From NCBI GenBank assembly GCA_020184695.1, contig JAANOX010000047.1, positions 372,001 to 436,000 of the forward strand: a stretch of DNA of 64,000 nucleotides, written 5' to 3'. The stretch comes from Histomonas meleagridis 2922-C6/04-290x (taxonomy: Eukaryota; Protista; Parabasalia). Each line of letters begins with the position of its first letter. Position 1 is the stretch's first letter. Positions 11,358 to 22,888 of this stretch are shown here, piece after piece. The notes beneath the pieces are model-generated. The model was not told where the DNA came from. It made no database searches and worked only from the letters and a program-made list of their open reading frames with translations. The position numbers were made by a program, and so were the translations under genes.

Positions 11358-12038
11358 TTAAAAAATATTATCATTCATTAATTGATTGACTCTATCCCAA
11401 TCAATATCGCTGTGTATGGTATTACTCATTTTTTTATTTTCTGTTCGTGATGTAATTGTTTTGGATTTTGCACTTGAATTTTTTCTCGCTGAAGCAATTT
11501 TGTTTTTTGACCTTTCTGTTGATGCAAAAATCCTTGCATTCTGTAATGTGTCATTCTGTGTATCAATATAAGAATTTGTTGATTGAAAAACTATTTCATG
11601 TGATTCATTGCTTTTTGGTTTTTTGAGGATTGGTTGCTGCTGAGTAAAAAGCTTTTCAACTTGCGGAGGATTTTTAGGTTTTGGAATATTTAAATCATCA
11701 AAATCTTGCTCAATCTCATTTATATAATCCTCAATTTCTTTTACCTTGGAATCAATTGGTGCAAATTTATTTTCAGGTTTAGGTTTTGGTTTATTATTTA
11801 ACATAATTTCATCTGAATTGATTGTTGTAACATTTGAAAGTTGTATTGATTGAGATGTTTTTTGTGATTTATATTGGTTCACACCATCTGGAGATAAAAG
11901 ATCAAAGGAAAAAGGAATAAATAATTTTGTTTTTGTTGTAGGCATATCTTGATCACTTGACAATATTGTTTTCATTTCCTGAACTGTTAGTACTGGAAGT
12001 GGGAATTTTCTGTAATTAAAACTCTTTTTTTTCATCAT
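11358..12038 (-). CDS. Hypothetical protein
   Basis: 226-aa ATG-initiated low-complexity ORF, head-to-head with the EF-hand gene. Confidence 0.65.
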   Translation of the reverse strand: MMKKKSFNYRKFPLPVLTVQEMKTILSSDQDMPTTKTKLFIPFSFDLLSPDGVNQYKSQKTSQSIQLSNVTTINSDEIMLNNKPKPKPENKFAPIDSKVKEIEDYINEIEQDFDDLNIPKPKNPPQVEKLFTQQQPILKKPKSNESHEIVFQSTNSYIDTQNDTLQNARIFASTERSKNKIASARKNSSAKSKTITSRTENKKMSNTIHSDIDWDRVNQLMNDNIF

Positions 12039-12068
12039 GGATATTTAACGTACACTATACAATTTTTG

Positions 12069-14417
12069 ATGAAAAAGTACGTTAAGCACAAATCTTCCAT
12101 GGAAGAGATTTACCAACAAATCAAAGCTGCTTTGAGAAAGAAAGGATTAACAATCCAGGATGCTTTCGATGACCTTGACATAAAGCATACTGGTAAAATA
12201 ACAGTTTACCGTTTCCGTCGCTTTTTTACAAATTTATCAATTTTTATTGATGAAAAATTATTTCAACAATTAGTAGACAAATACATATGTGATCCAGAAG
12301 AAGGGGATATCATTAAATACTTCAAATTTATTGATGATTATAATAACTCTTTTTCTACGCCAACACTTAAACCTATTTCATCTGAAAACTGGAACAGATT
12401 TTCTGGTTATTTTGTTTCAAGGAACACAAATGTTGTTGAATGTTTAAAGCCATATGATCGATTTCATAGAGGAACAGTTGATATCCAATCATTTTATGCA
12501 TGTTTTGGCACTAGCACTCTCATTAAAGATATTGCGGCACATTATCTTCGAACTAATAATGAAGTTTCTTATTATGATCTTGAATCAGATATGCAAAAAT
12601 TCTTAAAACAAGAAAAACTTAATTCAAGGAATTTATCTCAAAACTATACGATACCTTCTAATATTGCTAAAGACTTCTTAGCAAAAGGAATTGATCCGTA
12701 TAAAACATTTTTAAGTCAAGATAAATACAAAAGAAAATGTATTCCAAAAGAACAATTTGTAGATGATCTCCATAAATTTGGAACCACAGCAAGCAAAGAA
12801 CAAATCGAAGAATTAACAAGACAATTTTCAAATTTACGCGGCTTTGATTATGTAGCATTTTGTGATGCGTTAGAAAAGCAACAAAATAAAGAACGATTAG
12901 AAGAAACTCGTTTACGAAATCAAAAAATTTCACTTCAAACAAAAGAATTTAAACCAATAAACATTGAAGAATTATTAAAACGAATTCAAAATGAAGTCCA
13001 AACTCGAAGAAGTCTTATTGCAGAACGTTTAAGACATTTTGATCCGAAACATAAACAAGTTCTTCCATGTCAAATGTTTTCACAAATTATGCGTTCGGAA
13101 GGATTTGATCTTAATCGTGACGAGCTTAAAGCATTATTTGATAAATATAGTGAAAATGAAGACATATTTAAATATGAAGAATTTATAACTGATATTACAC
13201 CTATTTCTAATCAAAACGAACAAATTTATGACCAATTCGAAAGGTTAAAAGAATTTTTAGCTAGGAAAAGATTACAAATTCGTCCATTAATGGAAAAACT
13301 TGATCCTTATTGTAAAGGAACAATTACATTTCCACAATTAATGTTTGTCTTTAGGAACATTAATTATGATGTCAACCAAAAAGAAATGAAATTAATTAAA
13401 AGTAGGACAACTACAAATGTTAACATTAATGAATTTTGTTCTATTGTAGATCCAATTTTTAAAGAAGAAAAGAAAGAGGAAGAAGAAGAAGAACATGAAG
13501 AAGAAGTTATTCCTAAAATCCCTAATAATGATGTATTGGAAATTCTTGCGAAAATTAAATCTATTTTAGAAGAAGAAAACATTGATCTTAAATCCGAATT
13601 TCTTTATTATAAACTTCCAATGTTAAACTATTGCGGTCCACCACTTTTTCAAACCGTATTAGTTAAAAACCAAATTCCAATTAGTCAAAAAGAAATATCG
13701 ATACTAATTAAATATTATTATGATACTGAGAAAGAACTTGTTAATTTTAATCAATTTATTAATGATATATATACATATGGAAATGATCAACTTACATTAA
13801 ATCCATCTTTATCTTTATCAACAAAAATACAAAAGTCCGATTTATCAAAAGAAGTAATATCATTAATTAGAAGATTAAAAGTTATATTACAACATAAGAA
13901 TTTAAATGGTACTTCAATCTTTAGAACTTATGATCCAACTAAAGCTGGTTATGTTTTACGAAAGAATTTTGTTGCTGTTCTAAATTATATTGGTTTTCCT
14001 GCTACTAAAGAAGAATTAGAAATGTTAATGAACGCTTTCCAATCGCAAAGAATGAAAGAAAAATGTAGTTATAGAAGACTTTTACTTGCGATGGAAGAAG
14101 AACAAATTCAACCTTCCGATTTAGCTTCTGTGAAAGTTAGTCATGAATCAGAAAAAAATGATTATGCATTTATAAATATCATAAATACAATTCACTCAAA
14201 ATTAAGCGCACGTAGAAAAAATGCAAGGTTTTTCTTCGCGGACATAAAAGAAGAAAAAATTTCGGTTTCCGAATTTAGACAAAGAATTATGAATTTCGGT
14301 ATAATTATTTCTTCTTCTGATATACAAAATTTAATTAGATATTATCGTGCTGATTTAAATGATGGAATCGACTGGAAACGATTTTGTAATGATGTTGATT
14401 CTTCAAAAACAATGTAA
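12069..14417 (+). CDS. Multi-EF-hand-like protein (degenerate EF hands)
   Basis: Repeated loops DIKHTGKIT, DRFHRGTVD, DPKHKQVLP, DPYCKGTIT, DPTKAGYVL, DLNDGIDWKRF. Confidence 0.8.
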   Translation: MKKYVKHKSSMEEIYQQIKAALRKKGLTIQDAFDDLDIKHTGKITVYRFRRFFTNLSIFIDEKLFQQLVDKYICDPEEGDIIKYFKFIDDYNNSFSTPTLKPISSENWNRFSGYFVSRNTNVVECLKPYDRFHRGTVDIQSFYACFGTSTLIKDIAAHYLRTNNEVSYYDLESDMQKFLKQEKLNSRNLSQNYTIPSNIAKDFLAKGIDPYKTFLSQDKYKRKCIPKEQFVDDLHKFGTTASKEQIEELTRQFSNLRGFDYVAFCDALEKQQNKERLEETRLRNQKISLQTKEFKPINIEELLKRIQNEVQTRRSLIAERLRHFDPKHKQVLPCQMFSQIMRSEGFDLNRDELKALFDKYSENEDIFKYEEFITDITPISNQNEQIYDQFERLKEFLARKRLQIRPLMEKLDPYCKGTITFPQLMFVFRNINYDVNQKEMKLIKSRTTTNVNINEFCSIVDPIFKEEKKEEEEEEHEEEVIPKIPNNDVLEILAKIKSILEEENIDLKSEFLYYKLPMLNYCGPPLFQTVLVKNQIPISQKEISILIKYYYDTEKELVNFNQFINDIYTYGNDQLTLNPSLSLSTKIQKSDLSKEVISLIRRLKVILQHKNLNGTSIFRTYDPTKAGYVLRKNFVAVLNYIGFPATKEELEMLMNAFQSQRMKEKCSYRRLLLAMEEEQIQPSDLASVKVSHESEKNDYAFINIINTIHSKLSARRKNARFFFADIKEEKISVSEFRQRIMNFGIIISSSDIQNLIRYYRADLNDGIDWKRFCNDVDSSKTM

Positions 14418-14696
14418 AAAACTCAATAAAAACTCAAGATATATTTTAAATGTTCTTTTGCAAATTTAAGTTAGTCAATAATAAAAATTTTTCATAATTA
14501 TTATTTCCTGAGGATACTAACTGGAGGTTTTGTGTTTCTTCTTGTCATGTTGACCAATTCAATAAAAAATTTTGCAATTCTCTTCTCTAAAAATCTTTTT
14601 AAAATCGAGAATACTTATTTAATCGTGCAATTATCATTTAAATGAGAAATATTTGGAAAAAATACTAAAGTTGTTAAATAAAAAAGTGTTTTTCAA

Positions 14697-15650
14697 CTAA
14701 ATAACATTTTTATTAAATATTTGTGGTATTAATTGTTTTTCAAGATTAAAAATCGCAATTTGTTGTTCTAATATTTCATTGTTTGACATTGCTAATTGTC
14801 TTTTTAATGATGAAATTTCATCTTTTAAAGAAGATATTGTTCGAATTGTTGATGCGCATTTTTTTCTTATTTCAACTAATTCGTTTTGTTTTTTATTTTT
14901 TATTTGATTTAAGTTAAAAAGTTCTCTTTGCAATGATTTAACAATTTTCGTTTGTTGACGGAATTTTTCATTATTTTCTTTTTCTTTTGCTTCGTATTGC
15001 ATTTGAAGTTTTTTTAAATTAAATTTTGCTTTCTGAAGTTGTTCGTTTTTTGTTTTCATTGATTTTGTCTGTGATAATTTATATTGTTTCGCCTTTTCTT
15101 CAAATTGATTTGTTTCAATTTGAATTTGATTTGTAAGATGTTTAATTTGTAATATTTGTTGTTGTCGCTTGTTTTTTATTGCTTTGATGCTCTCCCTGGC
15201 TTTTTGTGTTGCATCTTTTAAATCTGTATTGGACTTGTTTTTGGCATTTTCAATGGATGTGGATAATTGTGAAATAAGAGATCGAAGTTTATCGCATTCT
15301 TCTTTTCTTTCGGATATTTCATTTTCCCAAAAGCTGGTCTTTTCATTCAGTTGTGTTTTGAATAAATTTTCTTGTTGTTGTTTTAGTATTTCAATATTGT
15401 CTAATTCTTCATTTGCTTGTTCATCTATATGATCGACTTGGGTTTTAACCCAGTAATCATCACTTTGATTCACATGAATTTGTTTTATTAGTGTATCAAA
15501 ATCCTTTGTATATTTTGTCGAAAATTTTTGTGATTTTTTAAAAGATCTCATATTTTGTTGAATGCTAAGTTGAGACGTCTTAGGGGTGTCTGTTTTTGGG
15601 GACCATTCATATGAATTATCTAAAAAGTCCTCAGAGTTTGAGCTTGTCAT
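14697..15650 (-). CDS. Hypothetical coiled-coil protein
   Basis: 317-aa K/Q/E-rich heptad ORF. Confidence 0.75.
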   Translation of the reverse strand: MTSSNSEDFLDNSYEWSPKTDTPKTSQLSIQQNMRSFKKSQKFSTKYTKDFDTLIKQIHVNQSDDYWVKTQVDHIDEQANEELDNIEILKQQQENLFKTQLNEKTSFWENEISERKEECDKLRSLISQLSTSIENAKNKSNTDLKDATQKARESIKAIKNKRQQQILQIKHLTNQIQIETNQFEEKAKQYKLSQTKSMKTKNEQLQKAKFNLKKLQMQYEAKEKENNEKFRQQTKIVKSLQRELFNLNQIKNKKQNELVEIRKKCASTIRTISSLKDEISSLKRQLAMSNNEILEQQIAIFNLEKQLIPQIFNKNVI

Positions 15651-16090
15651 CCAAGTTCAAACTTAAGTAATACGTGCGTTTAAAATTTTATTAATCTTTA
15701 TTCTACATTTGCAAACAAGACTTCAATGTCAACCAATATTGTTGTCACTGCTATAACAAATCAACTTGATATTAGTAATTTTTGTAAAATGATTGATTAA
15801 AAATGATTAAATTTTTTTTTCTTAATACCATAGAAATTACACTAAGAATGAAGCCAATGACTCAAAGAAACAATAACCTAAAAAAGTAGGTCATGAATAA
15901 ATACTGCTTTTATTATTTTATTTAATCTTATTTCAATTGTAACATCAATTTCTAAATGTTTTTGAATTTAGCTTCTAAGCAACAAAAAATTTCGTCATTA
16001 AATCTCATTTCCATTTTAGTTAACACGTTTTTTTATTTGGTATTAACATTTGTTATTTCATTAAATTCAATATTTTATTAAAACGTTTAT

Positions 16091-17002
16091 TTATTGGTAT
16101 GGAATTCTTCCGCTTTTTACCAAATTGTAGTAAGAAGTTCTCAAAGGGTCAAGTTTTATTAGCACATCGCACAACCTTTCGATTTCTGCCTTGTTATCAT
16201 TCATTGTTTCGATATATAACAATAATCGATATGCAAAATAATTTTCTTTGTTTTTCTTGATCATTTCATCTGCAACTTCTCTTAATTTTCCTATTAAACT
16301 ATTATCTTTTTTGCACATCTCGATAGCAAATGTGCACGCGGGTTCGTTCTTTCCTACAACAAGTAATGACTTTGCTGCATCTTCAAATTCTTTGACTGGA
16401 TCAACTTTTAACATTTCGCCTGTGACTTTCCGTGCATTCCATGCGCTGTTATTCCTCATGTCTTGTTCTATTTCATAGATCGCAATGTCATAGACTTCTT
16501 TAGCTTTGTTCCATCGGGAAGCATACCATATTGCAAATCCCCATCCATGAAAATTCTTGGCATCACTTAGAAACATGTCTTTGAGGAATTGAATTTGATC
16601 GATGTCTTCTTTAAGATGATCAACAAGCCATTGCTTGAAATACCAGGCTTGATATGATTTATGATGATCAAATAAAATAGTATCAATATTATTCATCTCT
16701 GTAACAGGATCATAAGAAATCTTCTCCATAATCTTGGTTTTATACCACCAAGCGGTATAATGAGTTGAATGTCGTGAAATTACATCATTTACTATTTTTA
16801 AGGCTCTTTCAGAAATTTCTTCCTTAGCAAGGATAGCATTAAAGTAACCAAATAAATCTTCATATTCTGGTGAATATTCAATGATAAATGGTTCATCTTC
16901 TCTTTTTGGAAGTGGAATTGGGGTTAAATCTGCCCATTCTGGGTCATCTTTATAAAGATTGATTTCTTCTGCATTTGAATATTCTGCATCTTCTGATGAC
17001 AT
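16091..17002 (-). CDS. FNTA: Protein farnesyl/geranylgeranyltransferase type I alpha subunit
   Basis: PPTA repeats: HYTAWWYK, KSYQAWYFKQWL, KNFHGWGF, RNNSAWNAR; ISERAL motif. Confidence 0.9.
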   Translation of the reverse strand: MSSEDAEYSNAEEINLYKDDPEWADLTPIPLPKREDEPFIIEYSPEYEDLFGYFNAILAKEEISERALKIVNDVISRHSTHYTAWWYKTKIMEKISYDPVTEMNNIDTILFDHHKSYQAWYFKQWLVDHLKEDIDQIQFLKDMFLSDAKNFHGWGFAIWYASRWNKAKEVYDIAIYEIEQDMRNNSAWNARKVTGEMLKVDPVKEFEDAAKSLLVVGKNEPACTFAIEMCKKDNSLIGKLREVADEMIKKNKENYFAYRLLLYIETMNDNKAEIERLCDVLIKLDPLRTSYYNLVKSGRIPYQ

Positions 17003-17229
17003 TGTACCTGTGCTACCCCTGGAATAAACGTGCGCTGGCCAAAACAGAGCACTTTTTGGATAATCAAGTCAAACATTACAACTTTTAAATATTGGAAGTG
17101 AAGTCAAAGAAAATTGATTGGTTTTGAAAACTCAAATATTTTACTATTTAAAATTCTAATATGCCTAATTCCTTTAAGAGATAATGTGAATAATGTAGGA
17201 GAAAATGTTAAGAAATTTCTTATTTCTCT

Positions 17230-17900
17230 ATAGAGACTAATTTAAATTGAAGTCGAAAATCATTTTGAATTTAACGTACAAAAACGACCGTTTATTTATC
17301 CGAAGGCTTCCTGTTAGTAGAAGAAAATAAAATCTGTCAAATAAAATTTTTTAATTTGAAGATTATTTATAGTACAATCAATGTGATGGTCGTTTATCCT
17401 GGTTTAATGACTGAAAAAATATTGATTTTATTCACAGGTTTGAAGTCAAATCAGTATATTTTGATCGTATTCACATAAAGTATTGAAATAAAACACTTTT
17501 TCACAATAATTTTTGGCGGTCCACTTACAAAAAATGGCTTTTCACCGACTCACAACCACCAATAATTTGTTTCAAACTGCATCCTTCGAGTTGCTACATT
17601 ACTTCCATCTAAAAAATCTGGAATCTTTGTTAAAATGTATTTATTTTTGAAGCAATTTTTTTTGATTTCTTCATCAAACCTTTGGTGATTTGGATCATTT
17701 TTGTTGGAAATTTTTCCATAATTTGTCTTGAAGGTGAATATTAAATTTGGTTCATTACCATTTAATTGATGATTTCCAATCAAATATGTATTTTTTATAT
17801 TTTTAAATAAATCGGGAAATTTATTTGTACGATTGCCCAGAGCGTTGTCAATTTTTGTTGGACCAATTTTCTATCGTTTTCCATAACAAACGGGCATTTG
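17230..17900 (-). pseudogene. Decayed gene of unrecognised family
   Basis: Reading through stops gives a long protein-like frame (KIGPTKIDNALGNR...YLIGNHQLNGNEPNLIFTFKTNY...FETNYWWL*VGEKPFFVSGPPK...), with several stops and a frameshift. Confidence 0.5.
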
Positions 17901-17978
17901 ACACCTATTGTAATAACGGTTCACAAATAAACCGAAATTCTGACTGAATATCAAAAAATTTGCTTTTTATTAACAATA

Positions 17979-18986
17979 ATGGATGAAATTGCTTTTTTGA
18001 AGTTTCCAAAGATATATGAAAATACTGGAGAATTTAAGGCTCCGAAGAAAATCGAATGGATTGCAACAGAAAAAATCGATGGAAGTAATTTCAGTGTTTA
18101 TAGTGACGGAAAGAAAGTAAAGTTTGCAAAAAGAACTGGCTTTATTAAAGAAGATGATTGGTTTTATAACTATCAACTTATAGCTCTTGATCTTTCGAAA
18201 AAAGCTAAAAAAGTATATGAAAATTTAAACTCGGCTAAACTTTCTCCAAAACAATTGAAATACATTGTAATATATGGAGAGTTATGTGGTGGGTGGTATC
18301 CTTCTGATGAAAATTGGACGGGTCCAGTTCCTTCTAGAATCAATGCAAAAGGACATGTAATAGTTCCACTTGAACAACGCGCAGTCCAAGAAGGCGTTTA
18401 TTATTCCGACAAAATCCAGCTTATAGTTTTTGATATTGTTTGGGTTGATCAAAATAATAAATTTCAATATCTTGAATATGACTCCATGTCTTCATGTGCA
18501 AAAGAAGTTGGCCTTTACTTCACTCCGCCTTTAGCTCGTGCCTCACTTCCAAAACTTTTGGATTATTCTCTTGAATTTGATTCAACTATTCCACCTATGT
18601 TTGGACTCCCTCGTATTCATAACAACACTGCTGAAGGAATCGTTATCAGACCTGCATCGTGGCCTGGTCCTGGTCAGGACAGACCTATGCTCAAGCGCAA
18701 AAAAATAAACGGTTTCATCAATTTTCAGGCGATTTTTGATCATCATGCAGTGAAAACAAATCCTTTCTTTGTTGCAACATGCATGATCAACCAGAATAGA
18801 TTAAATGGTGTGATATCTAAGGTAGGTGCTAAAGCCGAAAAATCTGTTATTTTGGAAGAATTAGTGCAAGATGTATGGGAATCAATTTGGGAATTAGGAA
18901 TACCAGTACAGAATTATGAAGAAGTAGATGCGCACATAAGAAAGATTTCAGAACCGATTGTACAGGAATTTATTGATGAACTTTAA
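17979..18986 (+). CDS. rnl2: ATP-dependent RNA ligase, T4 Rnl2 / kinetoplastid editing-ligase family
   Basis: Motif I TEKIDGSN, III IYGELCGG, IIIa VFDI, IV AEGIVIR, V MLKRK. C-terminal NRLNGVISKVG...VQDVWES resembles the Rnl2 C domain. 335 aa. Confidence 0.88.
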   Translation: MDEIAFLKFPKIYENTGEFKAPKKIEWIATEKIDGSNFSVYSDGKKVKFAKRTGFIKEDDWFYNYQLIALDLSKKAKKVYENLNSAKLSPKQLKYIVIYGELCGGWYPSDENWTGPVPSRINAKGHVIVPLEQRAVQEGVYYSDKIQLIVFDIVWVDQNNKFQYLEYDSMSSCAKEVGLYFTPPLARASLPKLLDYSLEFDSTIPPMFGLPRIHNNTAEGIVIRPASWPGPGQDRPMLKRKKINGFINFQAIFDHHAVKTNPFFVATCMINQNRLNGVISKVGAKAEKSVILEELVQDVWESIWELGIPVQNYEEVDAHIRKISEPIVQEFIDEL

Positions 18987-20424
18987 AATAATTTTTTTTC
19001 TTAATTTTTTAACGAATAGAAATTATTGAAATTTGTCTTTAAATAATATCATATAATAGAATTAGTTGACTTAAATGTGATAATTTATTTGCTTACAATT
19101 CTTTAAAGTTTTAGCAATCAATGCCAAATCATACGATGTTTTTCAAATGGATACCAACCATCTTTGTAAACTGACCAAAGGATTATTTTGTAGGTAATGG
19201 TTGCTATTAGATAGTGGTATGTGTCCATCAAATTTCTCAAATTCTTGTTTATGTGAAGAGATCATGTACATGATTGATGAAATTGAGAACTCTAACTCAG
19301 TTTACATATGATTCCTATGTCAAAGCACTACTAATTCCAATAAAACATTTACATCAGAAATTTAAAAATTTACATAGACAATTTTTAGCGATGATTTTTT
19401 AATAATTAAATACATTATTAGGAAGTCCCAAAACCCAACGCAAATTAAAAAGCAATAAAGTCATTTGAACTCAAGAACAAGCACATGGAGAAGATTTACA
19501 GTTAATATAATACTATTATGCATCATCACAATTCAACAACTCTTTCAAGCTTATTCCATCTATTTCCTCATTAAGTTTTTTTTTCTTCTTCTTCGATTTC
19601 TTACTTTGTTAATTTTCCACAATCATATCCTATAGCTTGACTTATTATATAAACTGTACCGGAGAATTCATCTAATGAAACTGGATGCAATTCATTTAAA
19701 GTGATTTAAGTTTTAGCATTCTTGAGTCTTTACACGCAGTAAACAAAAAAGTATATCTAAGTATTCGTAACTCCTGTGAAGGACAACCTTTCCATATTAA
19801 CCGACAACAACAATTATACCTGCCCATATATATATAAAACGCCAGAATCTTCAAAATGATTTATTAAATATTCTTCAATTTTTGTAAAATCAGAATCTTT
19901 TACTTTGTACTTCTCAAGGATTGCGTTTGCAGAATTTATAATCTTACTTGGTGGTACCATTTCCAAATAAATTTCTTGAGGTTTTGTGTTTCATTTTTTT
20001 TGATAATGATTTAATCTTCTTCGTTAAATTGCCAAAAAACAAGACTTTTAAACCCACGATTGGCAAGAAGGTGCCTTTTAACAGATTTTTTTTTTGAAAT
20101 TTTGGAATTATTAATAATATTCCAAGTATATTTCAAGTAATATCATATAAATATATGCAAACAAGTTGAGGCTATGAAAAAATGACTTTTTAAAATTTTC
20201 ATTTAGTCACTTTCAATTTAAATTTGTGCAAGATGTAACGCTTTTTAAAAGCAAAACTATTATATAAGCAACAAAGAAAAGATTTAAAAGAATTTTACTT
20301 GGAGTGTACTTCATATAATATCTTGAACAATGTTTCGTCCAACATAAAATTTTATGTCGTAAAATTATTTACTAAAAACAAAATCGATAATTTCATTTAT
20401 TAATTACAAACAAATATTTTTATT

Positions 20425-21990
20425 TTAAGGCAAATTTGCTTTTGCTTTTGTTTTTGGCTTAGCGATTTTCGCGACTTCTTTTCTTTGTCCATCAGCCAAC
20501 AGCGGTGATGGAGCACGTGCATTTTTTTCCCGAATAATTTATCCATTTTCAAGTCAGTTGCATGCGCTTCTTTTTATCGAATTATTAATTTTTTTCTTTG
20601 TTATTCGTTTTTCTTATCGAGTAATTTTTTGATTAATTCTTTTTTTTTTTTACGTTTTGTACATTCTTTGTTTTTCAAGTAAACAATTTCTTCTTCCAAA
20701 AATTTTGTTTCATCATTTAATTCAGTTAATTTTTGTTCGATTTCTTTTTCTTCTTTTATTAGCTTAAATTTACTTTCTTCGATTTTTTCGACAAATTTTT
20801 GTTCGATTTTATTAATTTTTTGTTCATGTTTCTTTTTTAAGTTTTCTAATTCCGTTTTATATGAATCCATTTTTTGTTGATGCGTTTCTTTTAACTTTAA
20901 AATTTTTTCATTATTTTCATTGTTTAAATGTTCTTTCATTTTATTAATTTCATTTTCTCTTTCGATTAACATTTTCGATTTAATTTTATTTGAGTTTTCT
21001 TTTTCATTTTTTTTTTGATTTGATTTTCAAGTTCATTAATTTCTTTGTTATTTTGATCTTTTAATTTTTGAAATTTTATTTCTAATTCATTTGTTTTCTG
21101 TTTTTCTTCATTAAGTTTTAATTCATATTTATTTCGAATCTCTTTTTCATATTGTTCAATTTCTTCAATATATTTATTTTGTAATATTTCGAACTTTTCG
21201 TTTTTGTTTTCTTTCTTTTTTAGTTCTTCGATTCGTTTGTTTTGTATATTTATATGTCGCGTTAATTGATTCTTTCGTTGTATCAATTGTCAATCCGTTT
21301 TCTTTAATTGCTTTAAGTTAATTTCACATTGGTTTTTGTATTTGTGTTATTTTCTTTTCATAATTTTCTTTCGTTTCATTAATAGTTTTTTCAATTGATT
21401 TAATTTCTTCTAAAAATTTTTTTTTTTTTTTTTCAACTTCTTCTTTTTGTTTCATAATTCTTTCGATTATATCATTCAGATTTCTATTTTCTTCTTCTTC
21501 TTTTGAGATTTTTTGTATATCTTCAAGAAGTTTAGAATCTGTTTCACCTATAAACAAATTAAGTTTTTTTCATCTTTCTTCTCTTTTTGATTATTTTTAA
21601 TTCTTCTAAAAGTTTTAAGTTTCGTTTTTTACATTCATCAATTTGTCTTGTTAAAGATTCCATTATATTACGATGTGTTTCATCTTCTTTTCTTTCTTCT
21701 TCATTTTGATATTTTTTATTAATTTTATATTGTTGCGAATTTTCTTCAATTTGTTCATGAATTTCATTTTTCAATTTCATTATTTCTTCGATTTGAAATT
21801 TCGTTTTTTGTTTATTTAATTCTGTTAATTTTCGTTGCTGCTCATAAAATTGTAACATAATTTCATTGATTTCTTCAACTTTACTTTTAAGATTTTCTTC
21901 ATTATGTTGAAGTGCTTCACCAACTTCAAGTTGTTTCTTATGATGTAATTCTTCTAAATCTTTATCACGTTCATTTTGAATATGTTTAGC
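20425..21990 (-). pseudogene. Fragmented long coiled-coil protein gene (pseudogene or homopolymer assembly errors)
   Basis: Four consecutive same-strand K/E-rich ORFs (21559-21858, 21324-21557, 20966-21286, 20601-20972) in alternating frames, with several breaks near long A/T runs. Confidence 0.7.
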
Positions 21991-22255
21991 TATCTATAGC
22001 TAAACAAAGTGAGAGAACGGAAAAAGTTCATGAGTAAATTCTAATTATTTTTATTTAATATACTGAAACTACCTTCTTGTTACCAATTTTGGTTATTATT
22101 TAAAAAAAATTGAATCTGTTCAAACATTATTTAAATTTTGATAATTTCAAATCGTTTCTTTTTTCAATAGAATTTGAAGCATTTGATTGCTTTCACTTTA
22201 AAAGAATTCCAAAGCTTATTAACATTTCTTGGATCGAGCATTCTTTTACTCAAAT

Positions 22256-22867
22256 TTAGCAGCTGCATTTCTTTCCACCTCCTTCTTTTCCTTCCTTAAT
22301 ATTGACGCCATCCTTCTTGCCGCCACCTGTATTTGAGGAGTCACCTGAAAGTTTCTTAGCTGATTCTTCGGCAACTCGAACAAATAATTCTTCAATTCCT
22401 CGACCAGATTTGGCACTAACTTCGTAGTAACATGCACCAAGTTCTTTAGCAACAGATTCTCCTTGTTCTGTTGTGACAGTTCTTTCTTCGACAAGATCCA
22501 TTTTATTTCCAATAACGAAGATGGTTGGCATTTCGTCTGTTTGTGACTTCATTTCTTGTGCCCAGTTTTTAACGTCAGTGAGTGATGCTTCATCAATAAC
22601 TGAAAATACCAATAATGCAACAATAGATCCACGATAGTACATTGGTGCAAGGGTCCTGAAACGTTCTTGGCCGGCTGTATCCCAAATCTGTAAATTAACA
22701 TTAACTTTTTCAAGCTCGATTTGCTTCGCTGTATAGCATGCACCAATTGTTGCTGGCATATCAGCATCGAACTCATCTGAAACAGCGCGGCAGATGATTG
22801 ATGTTTTGCCTACGCTTGTAGCACCAAGTAAAACGATCTTCGAATCAATTGCTGGGAGTTCAGACAT
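22256..22867 (-). CDS. Rab GTPase (Rab5/21-like)
   Basis: GATSVGKTS, WDTAGQERFRTLAPMYYRG, GNKMD, EVSAK, C-terminal CSC prenylation motif. Confidence 0.95.
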   Translation of the reverse strand: MSELPAIDSKIVLLGATSVGKTSIICRAVSDEFDADMPATIGACYTAKQIELEKVNVNLQIWDTAGQERFRTLAPMYYRGSIVALLVFSVIDEASLTDVKNWAQEMKSQTDEMPTIFVIGNKMDLVEERTVTTEQGESVAKELGACYYEVSAKSGRGIEELFVRVAEESAKKLSGDSSNTGGGKKDGVNIKEGKEGGGKKCSC

Positions 22868-22882
22868 CCGAAGTTAGGATAA

Positions 22883-22888
22883 AAGTGA
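22883..22888 (-). promoter_or_regulatory. Trichomonad initiator (Inr) element
   Basis: TCACTT ending 15 nt upstream of the Rab ATG. Confidence 0.55.

Noticed and set aside
19050-20000. Semi-open frames in the long intergenic region (possible gene remnants on both strands)
   Set aside because: Multiple stops and no recognisable motif; too weak to call.
20425-21990. Programmed frameshifting in the fragmented coiled-coil gene
   Set aside because: Several breaks fall near long A/T homopolymers with no regular spacing, which is better explained by decay or assembly error.
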